Source: the human T2T-CHM13v2.0 reference genome, Homo sapiens. Taken from it: a stretch of 64,000 bases of DNA. The notes beneath the pieces were generated by a model. The model made no database searches. It was not told the origin of the DNA and saw only the letters and a program-made list of their open reading frames with translations. The position numbers and the translations under genes are program-made. The DNA lies in assembly GCF_009914755.1 (NCBI RefSeq), contig NC_060933.1; one strand, 5' to 3'. Positions 55,602-64,000 of this stretch are shown piece after piece. How positions within the stretch are numbered: position 1 is the first letter of the stretch; every line of letters starts with the position of its first letter.

Positions 55602-57172
55602 CCCTGTTATAATGGTTCCTAAAGAGGGCTCTTTATAAGCAACAGAACCATAATCCTTACTGCATAGAAAAAGCTGGTAGGGTGCAGTTCTTTTTGAGAT
55701 CTTGCCATCTTTCTGATTCGAAAACAAAGTTTGGTACCACACTATTAAAGAAGTATTATTCATCACACCATTGTCAAAGTTAGCAGGCTAATCATTTGCT
55801 TTTGTGTCTTCTTACATACAAAATAGTTGAGCATGCATTTTCCTTTGTGTCTGCATCTGTGTGATAAAATTAAATGCTTGTGTATCTGTTATGATTCTTG
55901 TCACAGGAGCCAGGTAGGTGGATGTGGATGTGTAATAAAAGGGTTAAAATGATTTTGATAGCAGTTTTTGGTTTTATGTTCCTAAAAAGCTCCTGCAGGG
56001 GTCATTTTTTAAAGCAAGAAGACTTTTTAATCTTTTAGGATACCATTTTTTTCCAAGTTCTCTAGGTGCAAAAGGTGGAACAAAGAAGTTAAAAGGGTGA
56101 GAGGGAGGTGAAATTGTGATGAGATTTTCTTGGGATAATTCTGGGTGGCCATTCTACCCTCATCCACCTTCCTGACAAGGTTATATGGGGACCTTTGTTC
56201 TCTCCTAGTGGATGACTCTTCAAAGGTAGCTGGGGTCAGGCCTTTTTCAAAGGGTCTCTTGCCATGCCTCAGAGCACTGAGTGCTGCTTTGGGGGAATTC
56301 TTATCTTCTGAGCAGACCACCCCTGTTCCACATGAAGCCCAGGCTCAGGCCCAGGACACATCTTTGTTGTGTTCCTTCCAGTTTGGAAATTTGGATTGGC
56401 TTGCTATTAGAATTTCAATTTCCCTGAACCAGATCTGAACCATTTGCACTTGCTAGCATTTAATGCTATAACCTTCTTATCAGTTCTTTCATTGTCTGCC
56501 AAAGTCAAGGTTAAGGAGCCAGGTTTGCATGCCTCTGCAGCACGACTCCCTGTGAGAAAGCAATAGGATCATGGAAAAATGAAAAATAAAAAATAAAAAA
56601 ATTATCCCAAAGTTTTTGTCTGAATTACACTAACTTTTTGAAACTATTAGTGGTTGCTTCTGGGCTTTTTTTTCCTAGGCCCCTCTCAAGGTCATTATAG
56701 TTATGGCCACGGTTGATTAATGAAGATGGGAGGACATTTTTGGAGATTTGGGTATTTTTCTACGTTCTAGAGAAAAACTCAGAAGTTCTTACTAATGTAG
56801 CTTGTTTTAGGGGACTGGGTGTGAGGATGTTGAGCACACTTGTCTGAATGCAAAACCTCTCATTTACAGTGGTATGTGTGGATTTACATGTGTAGCACGG
56901 CTTTTCTCTATGATATAAAAAGAATTGGAGCTCAGACTAATTCAAAGAATGTGTAACGAACAAGACTTTGCACCATTCTTGGAAACTTACACACAAAAAT
57001 ACCTCCTTATACATATAAATAAATCTCGGGAAGCATATTGAACAAAGAAAGTTACAGAATATGAGAGCCAGACTAAAAAAGAAACAAACTTCCTTAAATA
57101 TCTCCAAGGGCTTATTTTGTTATCAGTATCAGTCTGCTATAAGAATAGCCAGCAACTTGCAGGAGGCACAAG

Positions 57173-57693
57173 TGATGGAGTCACAGGGCAAACCCCAAAA
57201 CTGAGGTCCAGCCTGGGTGGGACCTCATGGGTTCTTGGCTTCATGCAGGAAGGAATTCAAGAGCTAGCTGACGAGCAAAGTGAAAGCAAGTTTATTAAAG
57301 TAAAGGAATAAAAGGGTGGCTACTCCATAGGCAGGGCAGCCCTGAGGGCTGCTGGTTGGCTATTTTTATGGTTATTTCTTGATCATATGCTAAACTAGGG
57401 GTAGATTATTCATGAGTTTTCCAGGAAAGGAATGGAGAATTCCTGGAATTGAGGATCCTCCCCTTTTCAGACCATATAGGGTAACTTCCAGACATTGCTA
57501 CGGCATTTGTAAACTGTCGTGGCACTGGTGGGAGTGTCTTTTAGTATGTGAATGTATTATAATTAGTGTATAATGAACAATAAGGACAACCAGAGCTTGC
57601 TTTCATTGCCATCTTGGTTTGACAGGATCTGGCCGGCTTCTTTCCAGCATCCTATTTTATTAGTGGGGTCTTATAAAACAAATTCCTATCTCA
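57173..57693 (-). mobile_element. MER41-family ERV1 LTR
   Basis: aaagtgaaagcaagtttatt...ggctactccataggcag...gaccatatagggtaacttcc...gccatcttggttt...cctatctca matches the recalled MER41 consensus; exact subfamily uncertain. Confidence 0.82.
57419..57448. promoter_or_regulatory. Tandem GAS (STAT) motifs TTCCAGGAA and TTCCTGGAA
   Basis: Two perfect TTCN3GAA at 57419-57427 and 57440-57448 within the LTR; function not shown. Confidence 0.6.
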
Positions 57694-58023
57694 TTGGAAT
57701 TTAGAGTGAGGAGAAGAAACCACCAATTCCCTGCTTGGAAGAGCTACCACTGTGGGTGCAAAGTAGGGAGCAAGCAGGTGGTCTCTGGAATGTCTTGCAG
57801 CTGGGAGTTCATGTGACATTCATGAAGCAAGCAACCCAGAAACAGTGGCAAAATCGCTTATGAACTAAACTGAAGCGCCATCACAGGACAGGGTGGAGGA
57901 GCCCTGAGTACCCCTGGGACAGCTCTGGGCACTGGAGGCAGGTGGGATGCAGCCCCTCACAGCCCCCATGGCTTCCTGCCTGGGGCTTCTCATCCTGTCC
58001 TCTTGTTTGCTTGCCGACTGCAG

Positions 58024-58325
58024 GTTCATCCCAGAGGCCTGGTCGGCCTGCACAGTCACCTGTGGTGTGGGGACCCAGGTGCGAATAGTCAGGTGCCAGG
58101 TGCTCCTGTCTTTCTCTCAGTCCGTGGCTGACCTGCCTATTGACGAGTGTGAAGGGCCCAAGCCAGCATCCCAGCGTGCCTGTTATGCAGGCCCATGCAG
58201 CGGGGAAATTCCTGAGTTCAACCCAGACGAGACAGATGGGCTCTTTGGTGGCCTGCAGGATTTCGACGAGCTGTATGACTGGGAGTATGAGGGGTTCACC
58301 AAGTGCTCCGAGTCCTGTGGAGGAG
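58024..58325 (+). CDS. ADAMTSL1: ADAMTSL1 coding exon (~exon 14): (S)FIPEAWSACTVTCGVGTQVRIVRC...YEGFTKCSESCGG(G)
   Basis: Acceptor gactgcag|GT, donor GAG|gtaaga; 302 nt, phase 2-1; TSR, acidic linker and start of the next TSR. Confidence 0.97.
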
Positions 58326-58849
58326 GTAAGAAAGGGGGCTCTGGCTCAGATCCCCGCCATCTTCTTGCTCATTTTCTCTCTCTGCATGCAGCTGGATCAT
58401 GTGACTGCCTCAAATCCAAGAATGATAAGCAGGAGGAGGAGGGGAGGCAGCCATTCTAAATGTAAAGCACACTGAATCAAACACAGATGTATTTGTCTCT
58501 TGGCTCCAGTGGCTCTCAGACTGTCAGCTGTGAGTGGCCAGTACAACAAATGCTTTGGCTTTCAGTTGTCATTCTGATGTCTTGCAACATATCATCGTGT
58601 ATCTGGCTGAGAAACACAGTTGACACTGACCTGGCCGTGCTCTCAACATTGTTTTTTTGATCTCTGCCCTTGCCTCAGTGCATGCAATGTGAACCAAGAC
58701 CCAAGAACAAGTCGGAGTCCCTCCGATGTACTCAGCTGATTTCCCAAAGTAATATCTGTTTACATCTCGAGGAAGGGTGTCTAAAAGGTAATTGATACAG
58801 TGGTTACCTGGAGCTGGAAAGGAGTTTAAAGTTCAAAGTCTGACCCCAC

Positions 58850-58985
58850 CCCCATCTTACAGATGAGAAAACTAAGAATCAAAGAAACAAAGTGATTTGT
58901 TCAAGATCATACAGCTGGTGAGCGACAGAGCTGGGACTAGAACAAAGCTTTCCTTTCTCTGCCTGGAGCCTTTCCATCATACCAC
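58850..58985 (-). mobile_element. MIR
   Basis: cccatcttacagatgagaaaactaag...agtgatttgttcaagatcatacagct...cagagctgggactagaac. Confidence 0.75.
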
Positions 58986-61938
58986 ACTTTTTTAAGCAGC
59001 TAGAGAATTCTTGAAGCTTTCTCATTATGAATATCAGTTAACTCACGTTAAATGTTTCCACATATATCCATCTGGTTCTCCTTGGTGTATTCCATGGTGA
59101 TAGAACAGTAGATTCAGTGATTCTTTCAGATGTTATGAACAGGATTGTAGTGGCAGAGGAAGGCATTGAAATCAACAACTGATTCTTCAAGATTACGAAC
59201 TTTCTTCCCACACTAAAAATACGGTAGATTCATATTGACACCATCTCCTATATCTACTCCCAAGAGAAATTTTAATAGATGAGGGAGCGCCAGCTGATTT
59301 CTTGCCAGATCTTTCCCTGGCTATTAGTAACCCCTTTGAGCATGTTGAGATTCTGTTTTCTCAGCAAAGATTCTTAATAACCGGTGGAAAAAAGCACTAA
59401 AATGATTTCCCAAAACTGTTTTCTAAACCATGATATTTTGGAAACTTTGAAAAGGCATCTTTTGTCATGATTGAGAACGTAAGAATAAATGCACCACACT
59501 GTTCACATGTAGTTGAAAAGGAATGAATAGTGGAACAAGTACTAGCAAAGAATCAATTTTCTCCAGCAGGTCTTTTAGTAAGCATTTAATAGTGCTGACC
59601 TTGAGGTTCTTGTTTGTTTCCACATCTTCCAGTTTCAAACCCTGGAATTCTGAAGTGTTTTAATGGAGAGCCCTGGTATGTTAAAACCTAAATTCTTCCA
59701 AATGATTCCGGAAGACAGTTTCCTGGAACTCAGTGAATGTAACTGTGTTCATATGGGACTCTTCACTCATTTTGAGAACGTCTTTTCTTTCACGCTTAAT
59801 GAGAGAGAAGTGTTAAATAAGCTTTGGTGATCTCTGGAGCCTGGGCAGGAGCTGAGAGATCAGGTAGAAAGGCTGTTAGCCAGCGGCTACAGTTGCTTCT
59901 TTCCAACATAGCAGATGACTCAGCATTCAGATGGTTGTGCTTTCATCCCCAATTTCCATGATCACCTGAATTGAATGATCATTATTTCTAGTCTAAGACA
60001 AATGTGCTTTAAAAAATTATTTATGGTCTCTCAGTTATAGTTCTCAGTTACAAGTCAAGCCTGGAACTTTATGAACAGATGGAAAAAATAGATACAGTAA
60101 TGGAATATCTAAATAACCAGATACCTTTTTCTTTAAGAGTCTAACCATTCTGCTGACCAACCAAGGGTATAAAATTTGAAGTGTCGAGTGTATGTGGAGT
60201 GTATTTAATTTAAAATGTTTTTAGAAGATACTGATTTAGAAATAAGATTTGGATGTTTGAGATACAATTGATCTCTACCTATAGAAGCTAAGTGTTTTTA
60301 TATAACGTAAATTGTACATCCTTTATATCCAAAGCAGGGTAAAGTTACTGAAATCTCTTAGGTCTTTAAATGTCAACAACTGAACCTACTTACCTTCAGT
60401 TATGTCACTGTGCCAAGGTAATATATTTAAGCCTAAAAAGTTAGAGTCGAAAATTCCAAAGTGATGAAAATATGCTTGGGTTATATGGTCCATATGATGC
60501 CCATATGCACTAAAATTTATTTTGGTATATAGGACGTGTATATTTTCAAGTCTTTGTTCGACAGTAACATTTTACTGTATTATCAACTTTGATCTTTCAC
60601 CAAAATGTCACCCACAAGGTTATATATATTTTTAATTATTTCTTCTGAAGCCAACCAAAAATCTGCAGGATTAACAAATAGATTTTAAATCAATTTTGGG
60701 TTGTAGAGCCAGTCAGGCTAATTTTATTGTTTTTGTAATCTCAAGAGATGAAATTGGATAGACAGAAAAGTAACCTTTCACCTAGCAGAGGTAGCAACCA
60801 GAAGGAACTAGTTAGTAATTTAGTCTGTAGTTGGTGGCTGTGTTTCCCTGAGCTGTCATCAAATATCATGTAACAATTATACTATTCTGGGAGATATAAA
60901 CACTGAAAATCCCATTTTCTGGAAGATCGAACGCAAGCCTAACCTGCTCAGATCTGTATCCTGTGTCCAACTGTCACTTCCTTGTTAGATTTTAATTTCC
61001 CACATGTGAACTGATAGGTGTTATCAAGGAAAACAACTCTGAGCCTGATCAGCTTTATTGTATTGAACTCCTAGACAGTAAAATCCACGTTAAAATCTAG
61101 CTGGGGGAATACTTGACATTGACTTCAGCAAAAATGGAAGATGAAGCCTTGTACCTGTTGTTCCCCTTTTCTTACAAGTCCTCTCTACTTTTTGCTTCTG
61201 TCAAGAAAGGAAAACCCAGAATCATCAAGTACTGTGCTTAAACATGTTCTCTGTCGGTTTACAGTGTCCTCCTGAGAGCATATATTAGCTCTTTTGGAAA
61301 GAGCACAAACTTGATGAGCTAACTTCTCACATCGTGCCTGCCTCCCATGGGCCAACTCTACTGTGAACTCCAAGGTGAAGCCCTTAGAGTTTTTCCCTCC
61401 TCCAGCTTCCCACACTCCCAGTTCCAGGGCGGCTCTGTCACTCCAGGTTCATGCTCCCCAGGCAACCCATTCCCACCTCCCCTCAGCCTCAATTGCATGC
61501 TGTGCTTAGAATGCCCTGCCCTTTAGCCATTGCATTTGTTCATCCTACAAAAATGTATTGAGTGTTGACCACAGGGCTGGCCCAAGATACTCCTTAATTA
61601 TGACAGAACTTCTGTCCTTAGTTTCACCCACCACACTGGGCTCCACCTAAGAAGGATGAGGCAAGTGGTCCCTGTGATAACAGAGATTTAACACACAGCA
61701 CTGGGGAGGCCTAGAGCCTTGTTTTAGAATACTTCAGATTAGAATGTAGTAACTCTGGACTGCTTCTTAGTCTCAGCACTTCATCACCCCATGGGTTATT
61801 TTAATCTTTCAGCTATGATTATTGGTTTGGAGTTATGTAAATTTGTGTTTGACAAACCTAAGAGAGGAGATTATTGGTGTCTTTCTAGAAATGTAGCCCT
61901 TACTTTCCCCATTCCTTGCAGTCTTAGAAGGGCCTAAG

Positions 61939-62510
61939 TTTTGTTTTGTTTTTTTTTTTTTTTTTTTACAAAATTGAACTATTTTAATTAAGGGTTTTAG
62001 TTTACATTTGGCCACCTCAAAGTAGTTGTAACATTGGGTTGGTCAATTTAAATACTGTGGCTCCTTGTTGGATGGACACAATCTTTACATCCAAACGTTA
62101 ATGCATACAAAGCAACATGGCATTGTTAAACAAAACAGCAATACTTACTGAATATTGGGCCTTGTGACCAATTCCATATGATTAAAATTACTTCCCACAT
62201 TCACACCCACAGTACTCGTCCACCATTTAAAATCTCAACCAAAACGTTACACATATGAAACAATCACTAACAGGCAAAAATACTAAACCTGTATATTTAG
62301 TATTGCAGATACACTTATGCATGAGCAAGGAAGCAATTCACAGTGATGATCTACAGCTGCAGAAGCCTGAAAATGATTTACAAAAATTGTTACATCATTA
62401 AAAAATTGTTTGAAAATATACATTTCTTGTTGTAGGCACCCACTGTATACATGACTATAAACATTGTTCCTTATGTAAACAGAAAAGGAAACATATAATA
62501 AGAAATTTCA
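61939..62510 (-). pseudogene. 3' UTR end of a processed pseudogene (probably RAP1B-derived), interrupted by L1
   Basis: T tract 61939-61967 is a poly(A) tail on the minus strand, with ATTAAA (61988-61983) ~15 nt upstream and U-rich UTR-like non-repeat sequence beyond. The RAP1B identity rests on recall of a RAP1B pseudogene in this intron and is unverified. Confidence 0.7.
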
Positions 62511-62652
62511 GGCAAGGAGCCAAGATGGCCGAATAGGAACAGCTCCGATCTACAGCTCCCAGCGTGAGCTACGCAGAAGACGGGTGATTTCTGCATTTCC
62601 ATCTGAGGTACTGGGTTCATCTCACTAGGGAGTGCCAGACAGTGGGCGCAGG

Positions 62653-62961
62653 TCAGTGGGTGAGCACACCGTGCGCGAGCCGAAGCAGGGCGAGGCATTG
62701 CCTCACTCGGGAAGCGCAAGGGGTCAGGGAGTTCCCTTTCCTAGTCAAAGAAAGGGGTGACAGACGGCACCTGGAAAATCGGGTCACTCCCACCCAAATA
62801 CTGCGCTTTTCCGACGGGCTTAAAAAACGGTGCAACAGGAGATTATATCCCGCACCTGGCTCGGAGGGTCCTACGCCCACGGAGTCTCGCTGATTGCTAG
62901 CACAGCAATCTGAGATCAAACTGCAAGGTGGCAGCGAGGCTGGGGGAGGGGCGCCCGCCAT
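62653..62961 (-). CDS. L1 ORF0, open, 102-aa long form (MAGAPPPASLPPCSLISDCCASNQRDSVGVGPSEPG...)
   Basis: Strong Kozak GCAATGG, no stop until TGA at 62655-62653; expression unknown. Confidence 0.6.
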   Translation of the reverse strand: MAGAPPPASLPPCSLISDCCASNQRDSVGVGPSEPGAGYNLLLHRFLSPSEKRSIWVGVTRFSRCRLSPLSLTRKGNSLTPCASRVRQCLALLRLAHGVLTH

Positions 62962-63416
62962 TGCCCAGGCTTGCTTAGGTAAACAAAGCAGCTGGGAAGC
63001 TCGAACTGGGTGGAGCCCACCACAGCTCAAGGAGGCCTGCCTGCCTCTGTAGGCTCCACCTCTGGGGGCAGGGCACAGACAAACAAAAAGACAGCAGTAA
63101 CCTCTGCAGACTTAAATGTCCCTGTCTGACAGCTTTGAAGAGAGCAGTGGTTCTCCCAGCATGCAGCTGGAGATCTGAGAACGGGCAGACTGCCTCCTCA
63201 AGTGGGTCCCTGACCCCTGACCCCCAAGCAGCCTAACTGGGAGGCACCCCCCAGCAGGGGCAGACTGACACCTCACACGGCCGGGTACTCCAACAGACCT
63301 GCAGCTGAGGGTCCTGTCTGTTAGAAGGAAAACTAACAAACAGAAAGGACATCCACACCAAAAACCCATCTGTACATCACCATCATCAAAGACCAAAAGT
63401 AGATAAAACCACAAAG

Positions 63417-64000
63417 ATGGGGAAAAAAACAGAACAGAAAAACTGGAAACTCTAAAAAGCAGAGCGCCTCTCCTCCTCCAAAGGATCACAGTTCCTCACC
63501 AGCAACGGAACAAAGCTGGACGGAGAATGACTTTGATGAGCTGAGAGAAGAAGGCTTCAGACAATCAAATTACTCCGAGCTATGGGAGGACATTCAAACC
63601 AAAGGCAAAGAAGTTGAAAACTTTGAAAAAAGATTTAGAAGAATGTATAACTAGAATAACCAATACAGAGAAGTGCTTAAAGGAGCTGATGGAGCTGAAA
63701 ACCAAGGCTCCAGAACTACGTGAAGAATGCAGAAGCCTCAGGAGCCGATGCGATCAACTGGAAGAAAGGGTATCAGCGATGGAAGATGAAATGAATGAAA
63801 TGAAGCGAGAAGGGAAGTTTAGAGAAGAAAGAATCAAAAGAAATGAGCAAAGCCTCCAAGAAATATGGGACTATGTGAAAAGACCAAATCTATGTCTGAT
63901 TGGTGTACCTGAAAGTGACGGGGAGAATGGAACCAAGTTGGAAAACACTCTGCAGGATATTATCCAGGAGAACTTCCCCAATTTAGCAAGGCAGGCCAAC
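63417..64000 (+). pseudogene. L1 ORF1, frameshifted
   Basis: A7 instead of A6 after ATGGGG gives MGKKTEQKNWKL*; second +1 near 63630; ORF1 homology continues to the window end. Confidence 0.88.

Larger units (their letters stand above)
62511..64000 (+). mobile_element. LINE-1 (L1PA3-short/L1PA2-like) 5' UTR plus 5' ORF1; continues beyond window end
   Basis: GGAGCCAAGATGGCCGAATAGGAACAGCTCC start, YY1 site 62521-62530, CpG-rich ~905-nt UTR, ORF1 ATG at 63417. Confidence 0.97.

Noticed and set aside
58326-58459. Read-through of the exon-14 donor adding ~44 residues
   Set aside because: The donor GAG|gtaaga is strong and no canonical poly(A) signal lies close behind the stop.

Overview
This is human-type (primate) intronic/exonic genomic DNA from the middle of ADAMTSL1 (punctin-1, a secreted thrombospondin-type-1-repeat protein) on the + strand. 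Seven coding exons splice in frame at canonical GT-AG sites (112, 139, 51, 205, 148, 85 and 302 nt; exons 8-14 by my recollection of the reference numbering). They encode the end of the spacer, several TSR modules and linkers. Read-through of the exon-13 donor gives an immediate stop and an ATTAAA signal, matching the short punctin-1 isoform. The window is bracketed by two divergently oriented L1PA 5' ends: the left one keeps the ~129-bp ZNF93-bound segment and the right one has lost it. The rest is ~17 Alus, a full-length MST MaLR provirus, a THE1 solo LTR, a MER41-family LTR with two perfect GAS motifs, MITEs (MER47A, MER2, MER58), MIR/L2 relics, microsatellites and the 3' UTR of a processed pseudogene (probably RAP1B-derived). 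There is no prokaryote-style system, and nearly all ORFs in the supplied track are repeat-derived or chance. The best leads are: (i) a possible assembled antisense unit of L1 antisense promoter, open ORF0, retrocopy 3' UTR and poly(A) signal; (ii) an unexplained 72-nt pre-miRNA-like hairpin; (iii) a GAS-bearing LTR beside an in-frame, signal-peptide-like extension of exon 14. Repeat subfamily names and gene identities come from memory of consensus sequences, not from database searches.
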